From Eledone cirrhosa (taxonomy: Eukaryota), in the NCBI GenBank assembly GCA_964016885.1, contig OZ024740.1:85250001-85314000 (forward strand): a stretch of DNA of 64,000 nucleotides, read 5' to 3'. This document shows, piece by piece, positions 26,141 to 40,409 of the stretch. The position numbers and the translations under genes were made by a program. The notes under the pieces are model-generated. The model did not search any database and was not told where the DNA came from. It saw nothing but the letters and a program-made list of their open reading frames with translations. Numbering within the stretch: the stretch's first letter is position 1; every line of letters begins with the position of its first letter.

Positions 26141-27987
26141 AAAACATGAATATTTATTGATTCCACGCACTAATATGATTATATAGAACAAAGGGCTTCC
26201 ATCACGGAATGTTTGATCAGTTCTATTGAATTCAGGGCAATTAGCCTTATTCAGCATGAGAAGAAATAGAAACCCACCAAATGGCTTTATCAACATTTAT
26301 TAATTAATTCAGAAAATTAGGAAATTTATATTCATCAATGTGAGAACAGTGCTATTGATTTCAGCAGGTGAGAAAATGGAAGTTGAGGTATTCATAATCT
26401 TGTCCAAGGTCAATGATGGGATCAGTGGAATAGCCTCTAGTAGGAATTGAGCCTGTTTCACGAGCACTGCTAGGAAACCTTTAAACAAAGACGTTCCAAT
26501 TGTAACCATCACATCTGTTTTCTTTTGAAAGACAGTGTATCAAGAACTACATTATCCAATGTGACTTTCCTTTTTAAATGTGTGATTTGAGGGATATTTG
26601 ACTTATATTTCTAGTAAGTCGAGCGACCCTATGGAATACCCCTCATTTGGTCAACAAAACATTTCATACAAAAGCTGATTTAGAACATTCTTAAAATCTT
26701 TAATCTAAGCAATTCTAAATAGTTTCCAATTTGTTTAGAATTTATTTTAATCAATAATGTGATCATATCACCGAGAACCACTTTACCTTTCATCCTTTCG
26801 ATGTCGATAAAGAAAGTACCGGTCAGTGCTAGTACATCCCTTTACCTTTCCAGCTGTCACATTTTATATATTCAGCTGGATTAAGTTAGAGAAGGTTAAG
26901 ATTGTGTCTCTGTCTGTTCATGATAGCATGGACACGCAAAGCCCTTATCAAGCCATACTCAATTGCGAGTGACAGCTGTAGTATTTTCGGCATATAGTAT
27001 TGATGTTGATTATAAACAAAATATTAAATTTATTTATAAAATAAAATATATAAATAAATAAAATAAAATTGAATTAAGGTATCGTCATGCTGTCAAAGAC
27101 AGGATGTTTGGGTTCGCTTGAATCACTTTCCAAGGAGTGGGAAGAAAATATTGGAAGTGAAAAGTACCAACTATTTTTCTTTGAGAAATGTATAAAAAGG
27201 AAGGTAAAACGAGGAATCAAAACATTATTGCCAACACAGTTTCTGGCAGAGTTCTGCTTTGCTAGAATGCAGACACAGCAACCAGAATATCACGTATTTT
27301 GCATTTTGTTGTTATATTATGCATTTGTTCATTTTTAACCCGGAATAATTTCAATACAGTTATTGATGTATCAAATTTCCGAGACCCAGAATCCATAGTT
27401 TTGACATATATTCTATTGTAAGTTATGACCCAATTCAATCATCATAACAGTATTAATAGTTATCCTGGCTTATTGATAAACATTTTCTCGTTAACTTGAC
27501 TTAAACTACCAGCCAGTCCACATGCATGTTTTATCCTCTCGGCAATTAATATTTTTCGATAGACAGGCTGTGTATTAGTGTAAAAGAAGGGGAAAGATGG
27601 TAAGAATAACAAGTAGAACAAAAACCATCAGTGAGACAGAGAAAAGAGGAAGATAACGTATAAAAGGTAGGTGCAAATAAATAATGGTTTCTAATTTAGG
27701 CACAAGGCCAGCCAAACATTTTTGGGAAAAGGGAAAGTCGATTAAATCGACCAAATTATATTAACCAGCCATGAAACGAAGAGCTGGATATCCCATAAAA
27801 TATATGGATATCGAACAGCAAGAACAAAGTAGATGAGTCACAATAGAGAAAGTCAGATGGCAAGCATACCAACAACAAAACGAGCTTAAGATGCTCACCG
27901 GCTCAAAGTTATCGACTGAGATGACTCCAAGTGACACGCGAAGAAGATCAGGTAAAAACAAAGCTATTTATATATATATATATATAT

Positions 27988-28035
27988 AGTAATAATAAAT
28001 GTGAAGACTAAAATCCGAAGAGGGCTCGATAAGGG

Positions 28036-28071
<36 letters not shown>

Positions 28072-28610
28072 GAGGGCAATTCCAAACGTAAGGTCTGCTT
28101 CCGATATTGCAACTTTTCCGTTAAAATCCTGTGGATGGTGTTTCGGGAAACCTCAGTAACCAAAATGCAGAGAGCATCCAGAGTGATCCGCCGATCATTA
28201 CGCATGTTTTCCTCGGAAGGAGACCTTACTTTTGAGATTGCCTTCTATATAATAACTCCGCGAAATTTGCACTTGGCGGTAGCGTTCAACGGGAGCTCCA
28301 TTCTCAACGGCTGCCAAGCCAAGATTGAGCAACCCAGCTAAGCGCGCGCATGCTTGTTTGGGAGTGAAGGAAGCACCAGTCACAACAGTGTTGCCAACAG
28401 CCGTACGAACAGTTTCTCTGCGTCCCCAACGCTTTGGAGACCTTACTTTTGGGATTACCCTCGTATATATATATATAACCCGTAGAGCAAATATTTATTA
28501 TTTATATCATTTAAAGTTTAAGCAAAGAATCTTACGGGATCTTCTGAAAGAGTTTCAGAAGATCCCGTAAAAGGGTGAAAGCGGCGATTCTTTGCTTAAA
28601 CTTTAATCTG
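27988..28610 (-). mobile_element. Naiad pLTR-only derivative with a head-to-head fold-back, interrupted by a mariner relic
   Basis: 27988-28036 and 28478-28549 match 58574-58735. An inverted plus-strand hammerhead copy lies at 28551-28602. Confidence 0.8.
28069..28465 (-). mobile_element. Internally deleted mariner element with ~28-bp TIRs, inserted at TA
   Basis: TACGAGGGCAATTCCAAACGTAAGGTCT at the left end and AGACCTTACTTTTGGGATTACCCTCGTA at the right end, with a third TIR copy at ~28221-28247. MRNDRRITLDAL..VSRNTIHRILTEKLQYRK resembles the mariner HTH. Confidence 0.85.
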
Positions 28611-28882
28611 TACACGCACACACACATTATATATATTTCCAAAAGATGTCAACATGAATGGACCTGTTATTTTTATCTAAAGACATTTTTTCCAATTCCA
28701 CCCCACCATCCCTTCAATCTATCTTATTTCTCATTCTTTCTTGAAACGTTAAGACCCTCTTCCTGCTATTTCAAGCGTTAACCTAATATATTCCTTCCTT
28801 ATACTGTACCGATTGTGTTGTTATTTCTGTTTACCTTTTACATATATACACATATATATATATATATGTATGTATGTAGAGA

Positions 28883-28969
<87 letters not shown>

Positions 28970-29094
28970 GGAGAGGCGGGGGAATATTAGAGGTAGCTAT
29001 TAATGAAGAAAGACTGAATCGGAGCACATACAAGGCATTTAAAGTGCAAAATGAAACTGAAGGAGAAAAGGAAAGAATAGAAGAATTCAGGTAA

Positions 29095-29265
29095 ATAATT
29101 GTTTCTACTTTTGGCACAAGGCCAGCAGTTACCCCAACACATTACTGGTACTTTATTCTATCGACCCTGTAAGGATGAAAGACAAAGTTAACCATAGCGG
29201 GATTTCAACTCAGAACTATGCTGCAAAACATGGTGTCTGACTCAATACTGCCAATCCACTGCCCT
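29095..29265 (-). mobile_element. tRNA-SINE copy
   Basis: Consensus motifs with internal deletions. Confidence 0.85.
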
Positions 29266-29429
29266 TCAGGTAAATAAGGACTTTTTTGTTTATTATTGTT
29301 TAATTATTGTTTTTTTTTATGGAAGTAAGACTAGCTAATGGGACAATGAGATGCACGACGAACAAATTAAAGAATATGAGTCACTGATAAAAACAAAATG
29401 AAAGATATGATGATAGAAGTATTAGAATC

Positions 29430-30480
29430 TACCGCAATGCATAAGTAAACAAAACTTAGCAGGTGGCAATACATAAATAACTTAACATTTTCTGAAACAA
29501 ATACAGAACATAATTCCTGTGGAGATTTTAACGTAATATGTCAGGGTTGTAAAGCAAAGCACTTTCTTGCGGCGAAACCCAGCGATGGTTTATTTAATAA
29601 GTACTACTATAAAGGCAAAGTTTAGAGCCCCCAACCGCAACGTTTCCCGGTATATTTGTAACAAATTATGAACCAGCCATGTCCTTTTCATTATTCCAAT
29701 TTAAAGAACATTATAACTTATATCTTATATCTTATGGCAGTGGATTGGCAGTATCGGTAGAGGGTCGGACGCCATCTTTTGAATCATAGAGTTACGACCC
29801 TTTCCATTCTGAGTTCAAATCCTGCCGTGGTTATAACTTTGCCTTTCATCCTTACGAGGTCGATGAAATAAAGTACGAGTAATGCACTGAGATAATTGCT
29901 GGCCTTGTGCTAAAAGTAGAAACAATTATATCTTATAAGTCGGTACTTTTGTTTGCTACAATGGGACCTGAAATAGATGACCTACTTGGCAACGGTTTCT
30001 TTGTTTTAGAAAACATGGGTAAATGTATCCCCACACTTCTGTATGAAAGAGTTGCAGATGAAAGTCAATTTACTCAACTGTATATTATCAATTTAACAGT
30101 CGCTAATGAGACTTCATCATTAAACTAATGTATGTAGGATGTAATCTTTACCAACATGTCTGCACAAAAGAACAGAGATGTAAACAACAGAGAACAAACA
30201 TAGCACCATCTTCGCTAGTTAGCCATCAAACAGGAATGGACATTGAGTGATTTCAGCTTTATTATAGACGGTATCAACGGTCCGTTCCAGGAAGTAAGAA
30301 GAAAAAACAAATTTGTTCCAGCTACTAACATTCTAATTATAATCTTTAGAGAGAACAATGTTTATACAATGGTGTACAAAATGGTACGAGAAGTGGCAGA
30401 AGAGATGGAACAGGCACAAGCAAATAGACAAGACCAAACAGAATGCATGGTGGTTACAAGAGATCATCCAAATACTTAAC
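29430..30480 (+). pseudogene. Helitron RepHel N-terminal region relic
   Basis: HNSCGDFNVICQGCKAKHF..FNKYYYKGKV..P..FP.YL, then SYKSVLLFATMG..G.G.., QFTQLYII and RENNVYTMVYKMVREV. These match the Helitron C..C.A.HF..CC..GKV / YNS..AFASMG / AQLYI pattern. Confidence 0.8.
29736..29925 (+). mobile_element. tRNA-SINE with 11-bp TSD inside the Helitron relic
   Basis: TSD TTATATCTTAT at 29725-29735 and 29926-29936. Confidence 0.93.
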
Positions 30481-31711
30481 AAAAGTACTATTTCACACGA
30501 CACCATAGGTACACATAATACGTAAAGTTGACATGTTTACACGTCTGTCTATTCAATGTATGTTTATAAATACAATCATGAGGTCTCGGTTAATCCTGTA
30601 CTGTATATGTACAGATGTGTATTTAAAGTGAATTTCGGCTATTTAGTGCACAGTTTAATATATACTGAAATTAGCTACCAACATAAGCACCAACAATATG
30701 CAAATTAGTGCCTCGATTTTTCATTATTGTTACTACATTTGGTAGGTTTTATAAAGGAATTAGTTATGTATTTCTCTGTAGTTGAACAATGGAGTACATA
30801 TTCTTTGATGAGACACCAATAATGGTCGAACACCAATCAAAGATGTTCAGTGTTTCAATCTACAGGAAAATATGTAAATTTGACGCCTGTATATCTATAT
30901 ACACATTCACGTAGTCTCGGTTAATCCTATACTGTATAAGTACACAATTTCGCTCAACGTTAACTTCAGCCTTTGCACCTTTCTGGAATTTTATCCTTAT
31001 TAACCCAACCCAGGTTTTTTTTTTAACAGGCATCAAACTGAAATATCAACAGCATCGATCTTTGTTGAAACTAAATAATATCCGGCTCGTCCCCAAGGAA
31101 GGGTACTGTTCCACTCCCCAAACACCACCGCTTAATTTTCAATGGTGCACCTTCAGACATAGAATATAGCGCTTATAAAAAACGATCTGAAATATGTTCC
31201 TTGAATTAGAATAATAACCTAGAATGTTCTGAAGGCCCCGCCCCGAGCACCAAATCCTGGCGACGAGCCTGAATTATATATCAAATACTTAATGAAGTAT
31301 TGATTAAACACATCACATTCAACATCTCTACACAGTACGTGTCTACTAATGTTTCCATATGATGATATATATATTTCCTCTGTCGCAGTTTGTATTAAGT
31401 GATTGTTCTTTGCGACACTACATATTGTAAGTGAATAAGTTCGGTTTTGGTGTTTTGTAGATAGCTTGGAGATAGAAGAGGGTCGGCATTTCGTGATGAC
31501 CTTACTTTCATTAAGTAGCAAGCTTCTCTATACTCCCCCTCATCCACACACACACATGTAAATGCATGTTTTATGGACTTGTGTGATAAACGTACTAGGA
31601 CTGTACAGAATTAATGATTCATATACAGTATATTGAGTCAATATAATAATTGTTATTCATGTTTTGATAAGTCAATAACATCGGCGAAACCTCGAAGTAA
31701 ACTGTCATTAT

Positions 31712-31922
31712 TAATAACGATTTCTAGTATAGGCACAATGCCAGTAATTTTGGAGGAGGAGCAAGTCGATTAAATCGACCCCAGTACGTTACTGGTACTT
31801 TATTTTATAGACACCGTAAGGATGAAAGGTAAAGTTAACCTCGGTGGGATTCGAACTCAGACTGCAAAGGACCGTAACTCTATGCTGTAAAGCATGGTGT
31901 CCGACTCTCTACCGATACTGTC
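31712..31922 (-). mobile_element. tRNA-SINE (older subfamily)
   Basis: Consensus motifs. ACTGTCATTATTAATAAC is repeated at both flanks. Confidence 0.88.
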
Positions 31923-32502
31923 ATTATTAATAACAATTATATATAGGTGTGTGTGTAAGTGTGGGAGGGGCTACATGTGGCTTGGGTCTATTACCAGCTT
32001 TCTCTCGTGGAAGCGACCGCTGCTTTAATGGTAACTAAAGAAATAACTCGTATGTACGTGTGGGTAATGGAAGATTACTTCTAGTACCACCTGTTAACCG
32101 CTGGATTTGAAGAATGTAAACCAAACTCTCTACAGCCTCCTCACTCATTAATGAATCACGTGAAGAATGTATCTAAATAAACAAAAACGCTTCCACACAC
32201 GTACAAGCACACCTACAATCACACGCACAATCACACGCTCACCTACACACATTTCTCCTTTCTATCGTTCTCCTGTCTCCACTTTATCTAACTTTCTCTC
32301 TCATTATCCCCCACCCCAATCTGTTGTATTGTTCTATTTGTCATTTATATTTAATAACGGTTTATATGAAAATAATGGCCCTAACAGTAAAAAAAAATGT
32401 GACTCAACGATTGCCTGGAATTAATTGACACTTGAGTTCAGGACGTTCGTTTCTGATTCATCAAAATACTAAAACTAATAAACTGACCCTAAAACACACA
32501 CT

Positions 32503-32850
32503 CGGTGTTGAATTGGCAGAGTCGTTGGAACGTCGGATAGAGCGCTTTATGGTATTCGTTCCGAGTCTCTGCGCTCTGAATTCAAATCTCGCCGAGGTCA
32601 ACTTTGCTTTTCATCCATTTAAAATAGATAAAAATGTACCAGTCTAGTAATGGGTCCATTCTTCATCTATGTCTCTTTCTTACTTCCATTCTCTCACTCT
32701 CTATCCTTCTCTGGAAGAAATATGTTGTATTCAGACTTGGAGAGATGATGGTCTCCGTCAGGTATCAAACTGCCCTATAAACACCATATGTCAATATGGC
32801 GCCCCTTCGACTTCCCTGGGAGTTACGGTTCGAAAGAGAAAGAGAGAAAA
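32503..32850 (+). mobile_element. SINE variant with the alternative long tail
   Basis: Head TTGGCAGAGTCG..TTCAAATC, core CTTTGCTTTTCATCC, tail homologous to 23090-23270. Confidence 0.7.
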
Positions 32851-33679
32851 CACACACCATGATGTGTACGTAGATATGGCTCGGTTATCAAGAAGTTCAC
32901 TGAGCAATCATAAGGTCAGGGTTCGATTCCACTGCAGTCCACCTCAGGCATGTGTCTTTACTACAGCCTCGAGTCATGTAATCGTCTCATACAGTCATGC
33001 CATGTAGACTGTCGTAGAATCATGTCGTTCAGCGTATAATATAGGTACTTCACAGCTCTAGAATTAATCCTTCATAGTCAGCCTATGAATCTTTTAGTCG
33101 ACCCTCATAAGATGTCGAAATCAATCCCACCTTCCTGGTAGTAGAGAATGGAGTCCTTCTTCTTCCCTAAATACAGAGTGGTAAATACAGTAAGAAGGAG
33201 AAGAAGAAGAAGAAGGGTGAGAGAGTGTCTGAATATGATGAGAGGAACAGGTTATAGAGAAAAGGAATAGGTGTGCGCGTGTCTCCGTGGGTGGGGGAGG
33301 GGAGAGAATGAAATAAAAGGTGAGATGGAGAGATAAAAAGAGGAACAATTGCAAAGGTTATAGAAAAATATGGAACAAGAATGAGATACAGAACGTGACA
33401 AGATATACGAAGAAGAATCAGAGAGGTACAGAGAGAGGGGGGAGGGGAGAAAAGCGAAAGAGGGGAGAAAGAAAAAATGGGTGGGGGGTGTAAAAGATGG
33501 GAAGAAAGAAAAAGTATCGGTATAATTTAGGGAAGAAGGACTCTATTCTCTATCACCAGTAAGGTTGGATGTTCTCGACATCTTACGAGGATCGACTGAA
33601 AAGTTCATAGGCTGACTATGAAGGGTTGATGTTATGAAATCTTGCATGCATTAATTTCAACTCTCCTCATTCTTGGAAA

Positions 33680-34625
33680 TAAACAGATTTCCAATATAGG
33701 TACAACGCCAGCAAATTTGAGGGAAGGGCAACGTTGATTAAATCAACTCAAGTACTTGATTGGTACTTTAGTTTATCGACCACAGATGTATGAAAGGCAA
33801 AATTGACCACGGCGGGATTTGAATTCGGAATGTAAAGAGCAAAAACAAATAGCGCAATAGCATTGTATCCAATACTCTACCGATTCTGCCAACCCATCTC
33901 CTTTAAAGTGGACCTCGGTGGGATTTGAATACAAAACACAGAGACCCGGAATAAATATCCAACGTTCTAACAACTCTGCCAAATAGACCGCCTGACAAGG
34001 TAAAAGATTTGGAAAGGAAATTAGTGAAAATTACACAGCATGCTGACGGGGAGAGTTAATTTGGTTAAAATAAACCAATGCAAGTGTTTCTAAGAGCGAA
34101 TTTGTAAACACTAGCGGTACACCTATCAACAGAAATAATAAACATGTTTCAAATAATGACATTTGAAGTTGAGTGGGTATATATGCTATAAATATATTTT
34201 TGGCATTCGTTACTTTGGAGCAGCAGAACCAGCTTGTGAGTAACATTGAAAGAAAAATAATATTTGAAAGTAACATGTCTAGTCAGGATGGTTACCCTGC
34301 AACTATAAGTGCCAAAAGCTGTATCACAAATAATAGCTTAACAGATAATAGCTTCTAATTTAGATGAAAGGCAAAGCTAACATCGGCGGGATTTGAACTT
34401 CTCTCTCACCAAATAATGGTTTCTAATTTAGGCACAATGCCAGAAGTTTCTTCTTTTGTGTGTGTATATGTGGGGGGCGGGGCGAAGGGAATGACGTTTA
34501 TATCGACTCCAGAAGAATGAAATAGAAAGTTGACCTCGGTGGGGTTTGAAAGCAGAACCTAAGGAGCCGTATCGAAATATTGCAAAGAATTTTGTCCGGC
34601 ATTTTAATAATTCTACCAATCCATC
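33680..34625 (-). mobile_element. Several old SINE copies and fragments
   Basis: GAAAGGCAAA..GACC(A/T)CGG.GGGATTTGAA motifs at ~33790, 33910, 34365 and 34525. Confidence 0.7.
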
Positions 34626-35035
34626 CCTTCTAAAGATAAACAGATCAAAGAATTCATGTTACAGCAGTTAACAACAACAACAAATACTACAAAGTAAAAG
34701 CAAAATAATAAAAAGAGATAAGGCAATAATGGACCTCGGTCGGTTTCGACGATGTCTCCTTTGTTTGATTAACGGAACAGCCTGCTTGTGAAATTAACGT
34801 AGAAGTGAACATTTGATAGAAACGTGTACCTTTAATGTAATTCTCAGGCAGATTCAGCGTGGCAGTGTATGACATGGTTGACTCTTTGAATTATAGTTGT
34901 CTAAACAGATTTTTCTTTACTCAGTTTCACTCACAAGAATTTTTTTTTTTCGTTTCGTTTCGCATTTGTTTCGTTACGAAAACATGTTTTTCTTCGGCAG
35001 CGAGGCTACCCATATGTTTATTGTGTGTGTGTGTT

Positions 35036-35094
<59 letters not shown>

Positions 35095-37384
35095 ATATTG
35101 ATATGTACCTCTAAATTGGAGATGGATTAAAATCAATACCACAAAACCGAAAAGACCACACATTACGAGATTACGAGAGAGGACAAGATCACCACCCCGT
35201 GATGAAATTCATGAATGAATGTGGAGGAGGTAATTGTATAATTTGTGTGGGAGCAATCAGAACTTTAGTTTTTTCGGTGTAAATTTCATCTAACGACACT
35301 GCTTGACGCAAATAACGGTCCTTGTATTTATTTATTTATTTATTTTTTCCTTTGTCTATGTTTACATGTGTAGGCAGGCAGCAGAACAAACAAGAGAGAA
35401 CCCGTTCCATACCAACCTATTACGTTGTCTCTCTTTCTTTCTCTTCTTCAGTTATCATCATCATCACCATCATTGCTAGCCTCTTCACAAACAGCCAGCA
35501 TCAGCCTGATAGTTTAATACACCACTCTCTTTCTCCCTCTCACTAATTCTCTCTCCATTTCAATCACACATAAACTTACAAACACACACACATACATACG
35601 CCCACACCATCACTGCAGTTCATTATCACACATCACAGGCTATATTCGTGTATGTAAAGCAAAGTTAAAGAGAGACAAACTGACTAATAATGGTAGGAGA
35701 GAAGGTCAGTACAATAAGGATCAAATAAAGGATAGAATACGTCAACACTTCCTTGCTGTTTAGTTGTTCGCTTGAAGCTGTTGACACAGCTCTCTGTCTC
35801 TTGCAATTTCTTTGTAATATTCTGATGTAAATATGAACAAAATAAAAAGAAGTCATTTCCCCATACTTAATTGTAGTTAAAAGAGGGGCTAGAGAATTTG
35901 ATAGATGTAACAGAAATAAATCCCTAAAAGCCAGTTCTCGGTGTTACAAAGGCATAGATAAAGGCACAAGGCCAGTAATTTCAGGGGTGGGAACAGTCGA
36001 TAAAATCGACTCCAGTATTTAACTGGTACTTTATCATATCGGCTCCGAAAGGATGAAAGGAGCCAAAGTTGAGCTCGAACAATAATTGTTTCTAATTTAG
36101 GCCAGCAATTTTTGAGAGAGGTTAAAGTCAATGAAATCTACCTCAGTATTTGATTTGTACTTTATTTTATCGAGCTTGGAATGATAACAAGCCAAATTAC
36201 CCCGGTAGGATTTAAACCAAGACGTAAAGAATCGTAGCTAAATACCACAAGATATTTTGTCAAACACACTAACGATTCTAATAATAACCGTTCATTTATT
36301 TGCCTTTGTTGAACTTCTGTTACTCTCTACTATAACTATTGCCAGATCCCCGCTCCTCAAATATATGAAGTCGAGGTCTTTGAAATGTTTTAATGGTTGA
36401 GTAACATCTGAAGTTTTTCGGCTTGTGCTAGAGTGGAGTTGTAACCCTCTTAGCTTTTCACTTCACACATCTTCCACTAGAGTACCTACTATATCTGTGT
36501 TAGATCACTTGCTATAGACAAACATTTTATATCGTATTTCCTATTAATAGCCGTAGATTAATTGGTAAAACTTTCACTTATCAAAAAGAGACAAGAAACC
36601 ATTAACACACCGACACATTTTATACTCCATCTGATTCTTTTACTGTTACTACAGCACTAGTCCCTTTGCTCCCCCTTATAACCTCCACACAACTCTATAC
36701 TAAATACTTCATCTAAGCCTTTAATTAAGTAACTGTTACAAGCCTCTGCAACACCCTAGCACCGTCCCACCCACATTGATCGAAGTCTTTCTAGCTGCGA
36801 CTATTGCGTGTTATTTTCAGTTATAAATGTATCTGAGGTGTCCCTTTTTTTTATTTAAACACAGCGAGATATCATCTGAGAGAAATTTGTGAGACATTCC
36901 TTCGCCGTCCCATATTCTCTGTTGGTAAAAACCTCAACCGCTCTGGTTTCAACATATTGAACGGCCTCTAGAGGCTATTGGTCAGTGAATTTCTTTTTGA
37001 ATCTGAAACATAAAAGAGTGAGAACCCCCCCCCCCCCCCCCCCGACCAACGAAAGTATCATAGAAAGGGGAAGAAAACAATTGTCAGATCGGACAAAGGG
37101 AACTGTATTTCAATTGGTCTTTCCATTGTTGATACTATCTACTAGTAACAACTCTTGGCAGAAAGAGGCAGGATTTGACTCAGAACGCATAGAGCCAGAC
37201 ATCTCACAGCATCCCTGTCAGATTCTTTAACAATTTCGCCAATCTACTCCCGAAAGAATAAAAGTCAAAGTAGACTTCAGCGGGATTCGAACTCAGACTT
37301 CTGAGAACAGGAACAAATACCAAGGAATTTAATCGGACGTTCTAACGATCTTGTTAATTCACCACCTTCCTATCATATTATTGT

Positions 37385-37622
37385 TAAAACACCTGTTTTC
37401 TGGATCATCATCATCATCACCACCATCACCACCACCATCATCATCACCACCACCACCATCACCACCAACAACAACAATAACAATAACACCACCACCACCA
37501 TCACCATCACCAACAACAAAAACAATAGCAACAGCAACAACAACAACAACAACAACAACACCACCACCACCACCATCATCAACAACAACAACAGCAACAA
37601 CAACAACACCACTACCACCACA
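37385..37622. repeat. (CAT/CAC/CAA) trinucleotide tract
   Basis: Directly visible. Confidence 0.9.
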
Positions 37623-38904
37623 TACTATTCAAGGCCTACATGCTATGTTTCCTCGGAATTATTATCCACGAGTTTTATCTCTTTAATCGAAATCTCCATC
37701 GTGTGTCTATGTAGACAGGCATATGCAGATGGAAATCACCGTTGCCAATAGCAACAATATCAGACATCTGGCAAGGTTACTGATATCTATCCAGTGCCAA
37801 ACAGAATGACGAATTTATTCAACTAGATATTTACGTGCTCATTTATGTATGTATTTATTCATTAATAGCACAAACACGCGTTACCGAAGACTGGGTCTTT
37901 GGATCCGATGTGCCAAACACTTATTGTACGCTGATTTTCACCCACTGCCTTTTCCTTCACGATCTCCTTACAGTAGTCCGATATCAATCGGAGCAAATTG
38001 AATGAAGATGGCTTCCACGCAAATAGAGAACACATGATTTGTTTATAATAGTAAAAAAAGGGGGATAAGGGGCGCTCAACTCTTAATGGAGTTGTAGGGG
38101 TACCATCTTGACACACATCGTGTTTTGGGCATTTACAACCTGACAGAGACGACCATCTATCTCAAACTCGGGATAATTTATTCCAGAGAATGAAAGAGAG
38201 TTAGAAAAGGTGCAAAATAAAAATAAAGGAAGAATCAACCTCAGTACGTGACTGGTATTTTATTTATCGACCTTGAAAGGAGGAAGAGCAAAGTTGACTT
38301 CGGCGGTATTTAAACTCAGAGCACAATAAGCCAGAATAAATACTGAGGACATTTTGAAACCGACACCCTTAACGGATCTGCCAATTTGCCGCTTAGAAAA
38401 ATAAACCTCATTTGATCATTCCATGAGAGTATCTTGGTCAGCCTATGAACTTTTCAACCAATGAACTTTTCAGCCGACCCTCCTACAATGTCAATTTAAT
38501 CAGCATCTGTTATTAGCAAGTTCCATATATCAATGAATTATAAAGACACTACTGAAGACATCGTATTTATATAAGGTTGGCAAAGTCGTTTGAACGTTGG
38601 AGATTTGGTTTAGCTCTCTGCATACTCAATTGAAACCATCTGCGCTCTGAGCTCAAATCTCTCATATCAGCGGACACAATCAGCTGTATATTCCGCTGAA
38701 TCAAGGGAAAGAATGTCGAAAGGCTGTCTCTGTCTGCCTGTGACAACAGGTTATACTCATTTCCGAGTGATGGCTGGAGTGTTTAGTTTTATAGGGTAAG
38801 GCAATTTTGCAAACATTTCTTCCCTCTGTCTAAGACGAATCTATGACAAGATTTGAACAAAGTACTGCGAGCTATTGAAAAGCGTGCCAGTTATGCCATG
38901 TGTC

Positions 38905-39055
38905 TGCTACTTACAGCAAAGAACAGCTATATGTCAGTTGTGCGATGAAGTTGTCACTTAACAGCAGAGAACTATACATGTCAGATATAGTGGTTGCGTT
39001 GCTACTTACAGCAAAGAACTATTATGTCAGTTATATGATGTATCGGCTACTTAAA
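38905..39055 (+). repeat. ~48-bp diverged tandem repeat x3
   Basis: TGCTACTTACAGCAAAGAAC...ATGTCAG recurs at ~38906, 38952 and 39000. Confidence 0.75.
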
Positions 39056-40409
39056 CCTTTTGATACCAAACCACTTACGGTTCTCAGATACAAAATTGTT
39101 TATTTTAAAGTGTTCTTATTTATCTAAAAAGCAACTTCCATCATAAGTTTATGTAAGAACCTTTGTTAAGTTACATTCCAAACACCAGCTTAACAATGGG
39201 TAAGTTATATTACTAAATCCCTCAAAATTATTTTTGAAAAAGATATACAGTGTCTGTCATCAGAAATACGGCAAGAAAAGGGCTCAGATGACAATATCAC
39301 ACTTCAGTATCTAGAGTACAGAACTTGCTAGTTCAGAGGAGTAGAAGCTGTTGTAGTAAGAGTAGAAGAAACAGAGAGTGTATGAAATGTGTTGGTGTTT
39401 TAATGGTTGTCTTGTATTTTCATGGACGAAAGTTTTGTCAACCATTCTGATGTCATTAATAAGGGATACTACGATGTAATATGTCTGTGTATATAGTTGC
39501 TGCTTCAACACAGGTAAATGGAGATGACGTCTACGCAAATAACAATCGAGTTGTTTATATAAAAAAAGGGTTATATAGGCTTACTTATAGCAAAAGGATA
39601 TGTTAGTTTGAGGCAGTAACTTCTGAACATCAAAGACATAGCCTTAATTTTGGTCATATAGTGTCTCTTCGTGTTTAGTTTTTGTATTTTCGTTCACTAA
39701 ATATAAATCAAATTTAGATACTGGTTGCCCTTAAACTGGTGTACTTGTATTAGTATATAATATACATTTTTTGCAATGAAATCCCTGTGAGTGTTCATTA
39801 ATAAATGTTTTATAGTATATATTCTTATTGTAATAGTCATATTTTTGGCTTAAATAATATATAACTTTTGTTGTATGGTTCAAACGTCAATCTTATCAAC
39901 CCTGACTTTTCATATGTCATCTCTATTCCATTGAACATCATATCAAATAGTTGTTGCTGTTTTGCACAACATACAAAGCTAAATGTAATGGGTAGCGGGA
40001 AATAATATAAAGTCGACTCGTAATAATGATTTTTAGTTTTGGTACACAGCACTATGAAATGCAAGGAGAGGAGACAGTCGATTGGGTAGGTATCAGAACA
40101 CGGAAAGATAAAAGACAAGCAAAGTCGACTTATAAAAGTACGAAACTAAATACTGTAAATCATATCCTTTCCTTTAACAAGTGACTCCTTTTGGGGTCAT
40201 AGTGACATACAGCGTTTCTTGGGATTTTTGAAAGCTGGCGGAGCGCATCTACTCTCCAGCTTTGAACACAGGCGATTTCTTCCAGAGAAGGAAGTGGAAA
40301 AGAGGCATAAATATATATAAAAATTGACTCTATTTATCGACACCCTAAGGGTGAAAGGAATCCTGGGAGTATTGCCACAAGATATATTCTTGTTTTGTAG
40401 ACCTTGAAA

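Noticed and set aside
37862-38040. GPCR-like WVFG..C peptide or coding exon
   Set aside because: An in-frame stop follows, there is no TM3 or DRY motif, and splice sites are weak.
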